Assembly: GCA_964386435.1 (NCBI GenBank)
Contig: CAYLSV010000002.1
Span: forward strand, 21,303-85,302
Reading direction: 5' to 3'
From: an uncultured Tepidisphaerales bacterium
Lineage (GTDB): Bacteria > Planctomycetota > Phycisphaerae > Tepidisphaerales > Tepidisphaeraceae
Length of the DNA stretch: 64,000 nt
Shown here: piece by piece, positions 25,712-34,697 of the stretch
Layout of the letters: each line of letters opens with the position of its first letter
Position numbering within the stretch: the first letter of the stretch is position 1
Position numbers and translations under genes: made by a program
Notes under the pieces: model-generated
What the model was told of the DNA's origin: nothing
The model's input: only the letters and a program-made list of their open reading frames with translations
Database searches by the model: none

Positions 25712-27538
25712 ATGCCGAACCTCCTCACGCGACGTCTGGGTCTCCTCACCGTGCCGCTGCTCGGCGCGCTCGCCTTCGCCGGCGGCTGTGACAGCGAGGC
25801 GACCTACGAGGGCAACGCCCCCACCGGCGGCGGCGATGGTGCCCCGGCCGCCACCGTCACCCCCGACATCCCGCTCGACCCCGAGGCCGAGGCCGAGTTC
25901 GTCTTTGCCAACCGCGGCGAGGTGAACGTTCTCGACCCGAACCAGATGTCGTGGATGCAGGATCTGCGGATCGGCCAGGCGCTGTTCGAGGGCGTCTACC
26001 GCCTCGACGCCCAGACGCTCGAGCCGATCCTCGGCGTTGGCGAGGAAGTCACCCACAGCGACGACTTCAAGACGTGGACCATCACGCTCCGTGACGACGC
26101 CAAGTGGAGCAACGGCGACCCGGTGGTGGCCGACGACTTCATGTTCGCCTGGCGGCGCAACCTCCGCGAACGCGGCTACTACAGCTACCTGATCGAGAAA
26201 TACGTCCAAGGTGCCGAGGCTTACGCCAAGGCCTACCAAGTCGACCCGGCCACGGCCGACTTCAGCAAGGTCGGCTTCGAGAAGCTCGGCGAGCGGCAGC
26301 TTGAGGTGAAGCTCGCCTCGCCGGTGCGGTTCTTCCCCGACTTGCTCTCGTTCGCCATCTACTGGCCGATGCACGAGGCGTCGATGGAGGCGTTCAAGGA
26401 GACGGACGACAAGGGCCGCGAGCGGTACGCTCAGACGTGGACCCGCCCGGAGAACCTGGTCGGCAACGGCGCATACACCCTGACCCGCAATGATCTAAAG
26501 CAGGGTCAGACCCTGACGATGAACGAGTTTTATTGGGACGCCGAGAACACCAAGAGCCGCACGATCCGCAGCGTCTCGCCGATCGAGCACGAACTCGCTT
26601 ACCAGCGTTACGAGAAGGGCCAGCTCGATTGGCTGACCGACATCCCCGGCACCTTCGCCTACAACATGCGCCAGCAGGGCCGGACCGATCTGGAGGTCTT
26701 CCCGGCGTTCGGCACGTACTTCTGGAGCTTCAACACCGACCCGACCCTGCCCGACGGCAGCGCCAACCCGCTGGCCGACGCCCGCGTCCGGCGGGCGCTG
26801 ACGATGGCGGTGAACAAGGAGCAGATCGTTGAGACGATCACCCGCATGGGGCAGATGCCGACGACGGTGTACGTGCCCAAGAACGACACCTACTTCCCCG
26901 GCTACAACCACCCCGAGGGCATCCCGTTCGACGTCGAGGGGGCCAAGGCGTTGCTCGCCGAGGCCGGGTATGCCGACGGCGGCGAGTTCCCGCGGATGAA
27001 GCTGCTGTTCAACACCGGCACCGGCGACCACGAGCAGATCGCCACCAACCTCGCCCGGCAGTGGCGGCGGAATTTGGGCATCACCTTCGACCTCGACGCC
27101 GTCGAGATGTCGACGTTCAAGAACCGCTACAAGCCCAAGCACATTGACGACGGCGACGGCCTGGCCGCCGGCGACTTCGCCATCACCCGCGGCAGCTGGT
27201 ACGGCGACTACATGGACGTCAGCACCTTCACCGACAAGTACAAAGGCGACAGCCTCAACAACGAAGCCGGCTGGGTCAGCGCGGAGTACGACAACCTGCT
27301 CGACCAAGCCAAGCAGGAGGTCGACCAGCAAAAGCGCCTCGACCTGCTCGCCCAAGCCGAAAACATCCTGCTCGAAGAGGCCGTCATCCTGCCGCTGTAC
27401 CACTACACCAACACGTTCATCAAGAACCCCAACGTCACCGGCATCCCACAGAACGCCCGGAACATGGTCATGATGCAGAACGTGCAAACGACGCGGAGCA
27501 CGGGGCCGGGGGTGGGGGTGGGGGCAAGTGATGAGTGA
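25712..27538 (+). CDS. ABC transporter substrate-binding lipoprotein, family 5 (peptide/nickel, OppA/DppA-like)
   Basis: Lipobox FAGGC. About 600 aa with typical SBP_bac_5 segments (DPNQMSW..., GNGAYTL, FNT...). The stop codon lies inside the left inverted repeat of the downstream cassette. Confidence 0.9.
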   Translation: MPNLLTRRLGLLTVPLLGALAFAGGCDSEATYEGNAPTGGGDGAPAATVTPDIPLDPEAEAEFVFANRGEVNVLDPNQMSWMQDLRIGQALFEGVYRLDAQTLEPILGVGEEVTHSDDFKTWTITLRDDAKWSNGDPVVADDFMFAWRRNLRERGYYSYLIEKYVQGAEAYAKAYQVDPATADFSKVGFEKLGERQLEVKLASPVRFFPDLLSFAIYWPMHEASMEAFKETDDKGRERYAQTWTRPENLVGNGAYTLTRNDLKQGQTLTMNEFYWDAENTKSRTIRSVSPIEHELAYQRYEKGQLDWLTDIPGTFAYNMRQQGRTDLEVFPAFGTYFWSFNTDPTLPDGSANPLADARVRRALTMAVNKEQIVETITRMGQMPTTVYVPKNDTYFPGYNHPEGIPFDVEGAKALLAEAGYADGGEFPRMKLLFNTGTGDHEQIATNLARQWRRNLGITFDLDAVEMSTFKNRYKPKHIDDGDGLAAGDFAITRGSWYGDYMDVSTFTDKYKGDSLNNEAGWVSAEYDNLLDQAKQEVDQQKRLDLLAQAENILLEEAVILPLYHYTNTFIKNPNVTGIPQNARNMVMMQNVQTTRSTGPGVGVGASDE

Positions 27539-27562
27539 TGAATTGGGGAGTGATGAGTTGCC
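27526..27562. repeat. Left 37-nt inverted repeat of the four-helix-bundle cassette
   Basis: AAGTGATGAGTGATGAATTGGGGAGTGATGAGTTGCC. Its partner at 27919-27955 matches 33/37 in reverse complement. Confidence 0.85.
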
Positions 27563-27914
27563 GAAGCAGGGAAATCTGAAGACGCGGACGAAACGGTTCG
27601 CGGTTCGTGTGATCAAACTGGTTCGCAATCTTGAGGATCGGCGGGTCGGGCAAGTACTTGGCAATCAGGTCTTGCGGAGCGGCACGTCTGTCGGCGCGCA
27701 GTATCGTGAAGCGTGTCGAGCTCGATCAGGTGCCGAGTTCGTCAGCAAGGTGCAATCGGCGGCTCAAGAAATGGAGGAAACGCTTTATTGGTTTGAGCTA
27801 CTCAGTGAAGCCGAAGTCGTCCCGCACACTCGGCTCTCGGGTCTGCACCGGGAAGGCGAAGAACTGCTCGCAATGCTCGCCGCCTCTGTCCGAACCGCGA
27901 AACGCAATCGTTAG
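27528..27914 (+). CDS. Four-helix-bundle protein (23S rRNA intervening-sequence protein / Avd-like family)
   Basis: RFAVRVIKLV...LGNQVLRSGTSVGAQYREA...EFVSKVQSAAQEMEETLYWFELL is the family hallmark. G+C is visibly lower than in the neighbouring genes. Confidence 0.85.
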   Translation: MMSDELGSDELPKQGNLKTRTKRFAVRVIKLVRNLEDRRVGQVLGNQVLRSGTSVGAQYREACRARSGAEFVSKVQSAAQEMEETLYWFELLSEAEVVPHTRLSGLHREGEELLAMLAASVRTAKRNR

Positions 27915-27918
27915 GTTC

Positions 27919-27955
27919 GGCGATTCATCACTCCGCAATTCATCATTCATCACTT
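27919..27955. repeat. Right 37-nt inverted repeat of the four-helix-bundle cassette
   Basis: GGCGATTCATCACTCCGCAATTCATCATTCATCACTT, the reverse complement of the left repeat with 4 mismatches. Confidence 0.85.
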
Positions 27956-27962
27956 CTTCCCG

Positions 27963-28967
27963 TTGCTACGTTTTACCGCCATCCGTCTTCTGCAGTTTCC
28001 GCTGATCCTCGCGGCAATCTACCTCATCACGTTTCTGCTGGTTTGGGTGGCACCGGGCGATCCGTTCTCGGCTCAGACTGAGGGCAACGACCCGGAGCGG
28101 GTGGCTCAGCTTCGCGAGCGGTACAACGTCACGAGCAGCCTTGACTTTTTGACGACCTACCCGGTGCGGCTGGTCACCCGCGGCGAGTTCGGGCCGAGCT
28201 TTAGCGTGCAGGACAAGACGGTCGGGCAGATCATCGCCGACACGCTGCCGGTGTCGATCGCGGTCGGTACGTTGGCGATCGTTATCGCCACCGGCTTTGG
28301 CGTGACCATCGGCACGCTGGCGGCGGTGCGGCGGGGCGGGGTGCTGGACTTCGCGTCGCTGTCGATCGCGCTCATCGGCGTGAGCGTGCCGAGCTTCGTG
28401 GTGGCGGTGACGCTACTCAGCAGCTTCGCCGCCGGGCTCGATTGGTTCCCCCTGGGCGGCTGGCCGATCGGCCTGGACCCCGCGACCGATCCGTCGCTCG
28501 GCCAGCAGCTTTGGCACGTCGTGACGAATTTGCCCGACTACCTGCGCCACATGATCCTGCCCGCCATCGCGCTCTCGCTGCTGCCCATGGCGTACATCAC
28601 CCGGCTCACGCGAGTCAGCATGATCGACGTCCTGGGCAACGATTACGTCCGCACCGCCCGCGCCAAGGGCGTGAGCCGCATCCGCGTCATTTTCAAGCAC
28701 GCCCTGCGCAACGGCCTGCTGCCGGTCCTCTCGTTCCTCGGCCCGGCGACGGCGAACGTGATGGTCGGGTCGTTCATCGTCGAGACGATCTTCAAGCTCC
28801 CCGGCCTGGGCACGTTCTTCATCAACAGCGTGACCAACCGTGACCAGCCGCTGATCCTCGGCACCGTCGTCGTCTACAGCGTCTTCCTGCTGACGCTCAA
28901 CCTCGTCGTTGACGTCCTCTACGGCATCATCGACCCCCGCATCAGCCTCGCCGAGGGCAAGTCGTGA
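27963..28967 (+). CDS. ABC transporter permease (OppB/DppB-like)
   Basis: TTG start. N-terminal IRLLQFPLIL..., a binding-protein-dependent transport motif region (YVRTARAKG) and 6 TM helices. Confidence 0.9.
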   Translation: MLRFTAIRLLQFPLILAAIYLITFLLVWVAPGDPFSAQTEGNDPERVAQLRERYNVTSSLDFLTTYPVRLVTRGEFGPSFSVQDKTVGQIIADTLPVSIAVGTLAIVIATGFGVTIGTLAAVRRGGVLDFASLSIALIGVSVPSFVVAVTLLSSFAAGLDWFPLGGWPIGLDPATDPSLGQQLWHVVTNLPDYLRHMILPAIALSLLPMAYITRLTRVSMIDVLGNDYVRTARAKGVSRIRVIFKHALRNGLLPVLSFLGPATANVMVGSFIVETIFKLPGLGTFFINSVTNRDQPLILGTVVVYSVFLLTLNLVVDVLYGIIDPRISLAEGKS

Positions 28968-29995
28968 CCCAGCCGCCGACGACCAGACAGGCCCCGCCCG
29001 ACCCGCCGCCGGCGACCGAGTACGCCGACGGAACGACGTACGAGCCCAAGCGCGAGGTCACCCCGCCCGACGCTTTGTGGCGGCAGGCGCTGCGGGCGCC
29101 ACGCGTGCTCATCGGCGGCGGCGTGCTGCTGGTAATCGTGCTGGCGTGCATCGTGACAATGCCTTGGACGGTCGGGCCGGAGGACGCCTCGCTGTTCTAC
29201 GACAACGCCTTCGTCGGCGGCATCAACGCCCCGCCCGACACCACGCTGCCGGGGCTGATGGGCTACGACCTCGACGGCCGCAGCGTCTTCGGCCGCAGCC
29301 TGCTCGGGGGCGTCATCTCGCTGGGCGTCGGCCTTGCCGCGGCGATGATCAGCGTCGTCCTCGGCGTCGGCGTGGGCCTGACCGCCGGGTACGCCGGGGG
29401 CAAAGTCGACGCCGCCCTCATGCGGTTCGTCGACATCGTCTACGGCCTGCCGTACATCCTGCTGGTCATCCTCTTCAAGGTCGGCCTCGAACGGCCGACC
29501 GAAGATTTGTTCGAAACCCTCGGCTTCGACCGCCCGGCGATGGCGGCGTCGCTGACGGTCATGTTCCTCGCCATCGGCCTGGTGAGCTGGCTGACCATGG
29601 CCCGCGTCGTCCGCGGCCAAGTGCTGAGTTTGCGAGGCCAGCCGTTCATCGAGGCCGCCCGCGCCGCCGGCCTCGGCCCGGTCCGCGTCTTTTGGCGGCA
29701 TTTGCTGCCCAACCTCGTCGGCCCGATCCTCGTCTACGCCACTCTCACGATCCCGCAGGCCATCCTGCAGGAAAGTTTCTTGAGCTTCCTCGGCATCGGC
29801 GTCGTCGCGCCGCTGCCGAGCTGGGGCAGCCTCGCCAACGCCGGGCTAGGCCCGGCCTTCGACCGCTTCAGCAGCGCCTGGTGGCAGCTGCTGTTCCCCT
29901 GCCTGCTCCTGGCCATCACGCTGCTGGCCCTCAACTTCCTGGGCGACGGTTTGCGCGACCTATTTGACCCCAAGCGGGAATCGGCCAAAATCTGA
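28964..29995 (+). CDS. ABC transporter permease (OppC/DppC-like)
   Basis: GTGA overlap with the upstream gene. OppC-type N-terminus, the FIEAARAAG motif and 6 TM helices. Confidence 0.9.
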   Translation: MTQPPTTRQAPPDPPPATEYADGTTYEPKREVTPPDALWRQALRAPRVLIGGGVLLVIVLACIVTMPWTVGPEDASLFYDNAFVGGINAPPDTTLPGLMGYDLDGRSVFGRSLLGGVISLGVGLAAAMISVVLGVGVGLTAGYAGGKVDAALMRFVDIVYGLPYILLVILFKVGLERPTEDLFETLGFDRPAMAASLTVMFLAIGLVSWLTMARVVRGQVLSLRGQPFIEAARAAGLGPVRVFWRHLLPNLVGPILVYATLTIPQAILQESFLSFLGIGVVAPLPSWGSLANAGLGPAFDRFSSAWWQLLFPCLLLAITLLALNFLGDGLRDLFDPKRESAKI

Positions 29996-30002
29996 GTTGA
30001 TC

Positions 30003-31970
30003 ATGGAATCCCGCTTCGGCATCAAAGACTTTTTCCTCTTCGCCGTGCTGGCGTTGCTCATCGTCCTCGTCGCGCTGGCGATGTTGCAGTCGGATCGACA
30101 GTGGGACACGGTGCAGAAGCTGGAGCGGCAGAACACGCAGCTTGCCGCCGACATCAACCAGCTCGGCCGGCAGCTCAACAGCAACGGCGGGGCGGGCGGC
30201 CAAGCCCCGACGATCACGCAGAACTTCTACGGCGTCGGCCAACCCGGGGCGGCTCCGGCCGTGGCGGGCGACATGCCGCAGGTGATGCCGGACGTTGCCG
30301 ATGTCGAGCCGACACTGCCGGCCCCGTCGGCCGAGGAGGGGCCGACTTTTGCCCTGCTGCAAGAGGCCGAGCAGGAAGGAGATTTTGCCCGCGGCGGCGT
30401 GTACCTTGACAACTTCGGCACCAAAATTGGTCGGCTCACGCCATTCGTTTCATCGGACGTTTACCAGACTTGGATCGAGTTCCTCGTCCTCGAGCCGCTG
30501 GTGCAGCGGAACCCGAACACGCTCGACTACGAGCCAAAGCTCGCCGAGAGTTGGCAGACGAGCGACGACGGCCTGACGATCACGTTCAACCTCCGCCGCG
30601 ACGCCCGCTTCAGCGACGGCGAGCCGGTGACGGCCGAGGACGTGGTCTTCACGTTCGACTGGATCCAGAATCCCGAAGTGCAGGCCGAGCGGCAGCGAAG
30701 CTATCTGGAGCGGCTGGCCTCCGTGGAGGCTCTTGGCGATCACACGGTGCAGTTCATCTTTACCGAGCCGTACTTCCTCAACTTCGATTCGGCCGGCGGC
30801 CAAGGCATTTTGCCCGAGCACTTTTACAGCCAGTATTCGCCGAGCCAGTTCAACGAGAGCATTGGCTTGCTGATGGGCAGCGGGCAGTACATGCTGCCGA
30901 GCCCGACCGATTGGACGCCGGCTCAGGACGTGGAGCTGGTCCGCAACCCGCGCTACTGGGGCCCGGCGGCGACGTTCGACCGAATGGTCTTCAAGCAGGT
31001 GACGGAGGAGGCGGCCGAGGAAGTTATGTTTCGCAACGGCCAGCTCGATCGCTATGCCGCCCAACCGGAGACCTTCGACAAGCTCAAGGCCGAAGAGGCG
31101 ATCGCCGAGATGGCCCAGGCCGTCAACTACGACACGCCGTTCGGCGGCTACACGTACATCGGCTGGAACCAGATCCGGCGGGACGGCGACGAGGAGACGC
31201 CCACGATCTTCGCCGACACGCGGGTCCGAAAGGCAATGACCTTGCTCATCGATCGCCAGAAGCTGGCCGACGAGCTGTACCGCGGTTACGCCAACGTCGC
31301 CAGCGGCCCATTCGCCCCGTTCGGACCGCAAAGCAATCCGGACATCGAGCCGCTGCCGCGTGACGTGCCGGCGGCGCTGGCGCTGCTGGAGGAGGCCGGT
31401 TGGCAGGACCGCGACGGCGACGGGGTGCTTGATAACGCCGAGGGCGAACCGCTGGAATTCAACCTCATGTACCCCGGCGGCAGCGACTTCACTGAGAAGA
31501 TCGTCCTCTCGATCCAGGACGACCTCGCCGAGGGCGGCGTGTTGATGATCGCCGAGCGGACCGACTGGCCGGTGCTCGTTGAGCGGCTCAAGCAAAGCGA
31601 TTTTGAGGCGGCCACACTCGGCTGGTCGAGCGTCATCGAGAGCGATCCGTACCAGATCTTCAGCAGCGCCCAAGCCATTCCCGGCGGCGACAACCGCACC
31701 GGCTACAAGTCCGAACGTCTCGACGCCGCCATTGAAGATGCCCGCACCACGATGAACGCCGAGGAGCGTTATCCAAAGTGGCACGAGGTGCATCGCATCC
31801 TCCACGAGGACCAACCTTACACCTTCCTGCTCAACCGGCAGGCACTGCGATTCTTCAACAACCGAATCCAGAACGTGGAGAAGAGCGCGGTCGGCCTCAA
31901 CTACGAGTTCCTCAACGGCGGCGTGCTGCCGTGGTACATTCCCGCTGCCGAGCAAACCCTGACTCAGTGA
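30003..31970 (+). CDS. Membrane-anchored family-5 substrate-binding protein
   Basis: ATG 30003. An N-terminal TM helix plus a short coiled-coil/Gly-Pro linker replaces a lipobox. The rest is SBP_bac_5-like (RNPRYWG, GWNQ..., DRQKL). Confidence 0.85.
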   Translation: MESRFGIKDFFLFAVLALLIVLVALAMLQSDRQWDTVQKLERQNTQLAADINQLGRQLNSNGGAGGQAPTITQNFYGVGQPGAAPAVAGDMPQVMPDVADVEPTLPAPSAEEGPTFALLQEAEQEGDFARGGVYLDNFGTKIGRLTPFVSSDVYQTWIEFLVLEPLVQRNPNTLDYEPKLAESWQTSDDGLTITFNLRRDARFSDGEPVTAEDVVFTFDWIQNPEVQAERQRSYLERLASVEALGDHTVQFIFTEPYFLNFDSAGGQGILPEHFYSQYSPSQFNESIGLLMGSGQYMLPSPTDWTPAQDVELVRNPRYWGPAATFDRMVFKQVTEEAAEEVMFRNGQLDRYAAQPETFDKLKAEEAIAEMAQAVNYDTPFGGYTYIGWNQIRRDGDEETPTIFADTRVRKAMTLLIDRQKLADELYRGYANVASGPFAPFGPQSNPDIEPLPRDVPAALALLEEAGWQDRDGDGVLDNAEGEPLEFNLMYPGGSDFTEKIVLSIQDDLAEGGVLMIAERTDWPVLVERLKQSDFEAATLGWSSVIESDPYQIFSSAQAIPGGDNRTGYKSERLDAAIEDARTTMNAEERYPKWHEVHRILHEDQPYTFLLNRQALRFFNNRIQNVEKSAVGLNYEFLNGGVLPWYIPAAEQTLTQ

Positions 31971-32064
31971 CGCGGGCGTCGTCTACGGCGTGAGTCGTGG
32001 AGTGTTTTGATTATACTCGCGGTCGAACCGACGGGCCGACGTGGCATGGCCACGGGTTGTCGCC

Positions 32065-33315
32065 ATGCTGAGTTATCTCCTTCGACGCATCCTGCTGTTT
32101 ATCCCGACGATCCTGGGGGCCACGTTCATCGTGTTCACCCTCATGTACTTCGCCGCCGGGTCGATCACCGACACCGCCCTGGCCGATGGCAACTTGCGGC
32201 CCGAGGCCCGCGAAGAACGCGAAGCCTACCTGAAGGAACGGTTCGGCCTGGGCGACCCGTTCGTCATCCAGTACCTGCGCTGGCTCAACAACGCCTCGCC
32301 CATCGGCCTGCACGTCTGGAAGTGGGACGATCCGATCGTCGTTGAAGCCCGCGGCAAGCGCCGTCAGTGGCGAAATGAACGGCGGGAAGCGCTGTCGGGG
32401 CAAGGGCTGGACGACGACGAGGTGAGCGACCGACTCGATGAGCTGCAAACCGAGGCCGAGGCGGCGGGTGAGGTCGACTTTACGCCAATCGCCGGGCAGT
32501 TTCGGTTCGACAAGCCGCCGTGGAAGCCGATCGATCTCGGCTACAGCTTCGTCTGGCAGCGGCCGAGCTTGGACCTGATCAAGGAGCGGCTGCCGGTGAC
32601 GCTGTTGCTCAACGCGCTGGCCTTGCCGCTGGCGTTGGCCATTAGCATCGTCACCGGCGTGTGGTCGGCCCGCCATCGCGGCGGCTGGCAGGATTGGGGC
32701 ACCGGCACCGTGCTGCTGGGGTTCTACAGCGTGCCGGTGATCTGGGCGGGCGTCATGCTCATCGGCTTCCTCGCCAACGATCAGCAGTACGTCGGCTGGT
32801 TCCCGCCGGGCGAGTTGGGCTCGCTGGCGGCGCGGTCGCAGACGTTCTTGCCCAGCTACACCGCCGACGGATCGTGGCGGACGGGCTACCTGCTCGACGC
32901 CATCTGGCATCTGATTTTGCCGGTGCTTTGCCTGACGTACGTGCAGTTCGCCTATTTGAGCAAGCTGACGCGGACAAGCCTGCTGGAAGTGCTCGGCAGC
33001 GACTACGTCCGCACCGCCCGCGCCAAGGGGCTCGACGGCCGCACCGTCCTGTGGCAACACGGCTTCCGCAACGCGCTCGGGCCGATCATCACGTTCCTCG
33101 CCGCTCTGCTGCCCGCCATCATCGCCGGCAGCGTGATTGTGGAGCGGATCTTCACCATCGACGGCATGGGCTCGCTCGTCATCGAGGCGCTCCTGCGGCG
33201 GGACCGCGAGCTGTTCCTGAGCCTCACGCTGGTGACGCTGGTGCTGACGATCGTCAGCTACCTGATCGCCGACTTGTTGTACGCGCTGGCCGATCCGAGG
33301 GTGAGCTATGAGTGA
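32065..33315 (+). CDS. ABC transporter permease (OppB-like) with enlarged first periplasmic loop
   Basis: MLSYLLRRILLFIPTILG start, the YVRTARAKG motif, and an insert of about 70 aa between TM1 and the DLGYSF segment. Confidence 0.85.
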   Translation: MLSYLLRRILLFIPTILGATFIVFTLMYFAAGSITDTALADGNLRPEAREEREAYLKERFGLGDPFVIQYLRWLNNASPIGLHVWKWDDPIVVEARGKRRQWRNERREALSGQGLDDDEVSDRLDELQTEAEAAGEVDFTPIAGQFRFDKPPWKPIDLGYSFVWQRPSLDLIKERLPVTLLLNALALPLALAISIVTGVWSARHRGGWQDWGTGTVLLGFYSVPVIWAGVMLIGFLANDQQYVGWFPPGELGSLAARSQTFLPSYTADGSWRTGYLLDAIWHLILPVLCLTYVQFAYLSKLTRTSLLEVLGSDYVRTARAKGLDGRTVLWQHGFRNALGPIITFLAALLPAIIAGSVIVERIFTIDGMGSLVIEALLRRDRELFLSLTLVTLVLTIVSYLIADLLYALADPRVSYE

Positions 33316-34693
33316 TTCGACGCGTCCCGAAGCGAGCGCGACCGATGTCGGCCCAATTGCGGCCGACGGCGAGGTGCACGGCGGCCGGCCCGGCGTGCCG
33401 GACCGGCAACCGCCCGCGGCCGACGCGGTGAGAACAGACGCGGTGCCGGCCGACTACCCGGCCGAGGTGCCGGCGGCGAAGGAGGCGGGGCGGTCGCTGT
33501 GGGCGATGGCGATCAAGGGCACGCTCTGCCGGACGGCGGCGCGGATCGGGTTGGTGTGGGTGGCGGTCCTCATCGTCATCGCCGTGTTCGCGCCGTTCTT
33601 GGCCAACAGCCGGCCGCTGTTGGTGAAGGACGCTGGCGGGTGGTCGTCGCCGCTGTGGCAGGGTTTGTCGGCGGTCGACATCGCGCTGCCGCTGATCTTC
33701 TTCGGGGCCATCGGCGTGTTCGTCGCCGCCCGGCGGAAGCTGCTCGGTGCCCGCGCCGGGCTCGGCGGGTTGGTGGCGATGCTGGCGATCGTCGTCGCCT
33801 CAGCCGGCGTGGGCTACCTGCTCGCCGACCCGCCGCGGCTGGTGCGGTACGGCGAGTTCCGCAGCTACGCCGAAGACGCGACAGTCATCCGCACGCCCAT
33901 CCCGTTCAGCCCCAACGACCGCTTGGGCGACCTCGGCAACGCCCGCACTATCCCGCCGTTCTGGGGTGCACCGAACGAGGCAGCGCAGGACAAAGTGGCA
34001 ACCGTTCCGACGCGCCACCTGCTCGGCACCACGGTCAACGGCGAGGACATGATGAGCCGGATGATCCACGCGTCCCGTGTCGCGCTGGCCATCGGCTTCG
34101 TCGCCACCGGCATCTCGACGACCATCGGCATCTTCGTGGGCGCGATCATGGGATACTTCGGCGGCATCGTCGATTTGCTCATCATGCGCGTCGTCGAAAT
34201 CTTCCAGGCGGTGCCGACGCTCATCGTGCTGCTGATCGTCACGACGTTCTTCGGCAAGGACATCTGGCTGATGATGGTTACAATTGGCGTGCTGTCGTGG
34301 ATGGCCGATGCGCGGTTCATCCGGGCGGAGTTCCTCAAGCTCCGCGGCCAAGATTTTGTGCAGGCGACCAAGGCGGCGGGCCTGTCGATCCCGGCGACGC
34401 TGTTCCGCCACATGCTGCCCAACGGCATCTCGCCGGTGCTGGTCAACGCCAGCTTCGGCATCGCCAGCGCGATTCTGCTCGAAAGCGTCCTGAGCTTTCT
34501 CGGCCTCGGCTTGGAGGCGAAGGACCCGTCGTGGGGCGCGCTGCTCAACCAAGCCCGCAGCGGCGGCAGTGGGTTCAACTGGTGGATCGCGACGTTCCCG
34601 GGCTTGGCGATTTTCCTGACGGTGTTCGCCTACATTCTGATCGGCGAGAGTTTGCGGGATGCGCTCGATCCGAAGCTCCGCAAGGCGGAGTAG
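33308..34693 (+). CDS. ABC transporter permease (OppC-like) with about 90-aa N-terminal extension
   Basis: 8-nt overlap with the upstream gene. The FVQATKAAG motif and the C-terminal DALDPKLR are typical of OppC. Confidence 0.85.
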   Translation: MSDSTRPEASATDVGPIAADGEVHGGRPGVPDRQPPAADAVRTDAVPADYPAEVPAAKEAGRSLWAMAIKGTLCRTAARIGLVWVAVLIVIAVFAPFLANSRPLLVKDAGGWSSPLWQGLSAVDIALPLIFFGAIGVFVAARRKLLGARAGLGGLVAMLAIVVASAGVGYLLADPPRLVRYGEFRSYAEDATVIRTPIPFSPNDRLGDLGNARTIPPFWGAPNEAAQDKVATVPTRHLLGTTVNGEDMMSRMIHASRVALAIGFVATGISTTIGIFVGAIMGYFGGIVDLLIMRVVEIFQAVPTLIVLLIVTTFFGKDIWLMMVTIGVLSWMADARFIRAEFLKLRGQDFVQATKAAGLSIPATLFRHMLPNGISPVLVNASFGIASAILLESVLSFLGLGLEAKDPSWGALLNQARSGGSGFNWWIATFPGLAIFLTVFAYILIGESLRDALDPKLRKAE

Positions 34694-34697
34694 CTCA

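Noticed and set aside
27528-27914. Possible diversity-generating retroelement, because the four-helix-bundle protein is Avd-like
   Set aside because: There is no reverse transcriptase gene, no template/variable repeat pair with A-specific mismatches, and no C-type-lectin target gene nearby. The gene is therefore treated as a stand-alone IVS-type cassette.
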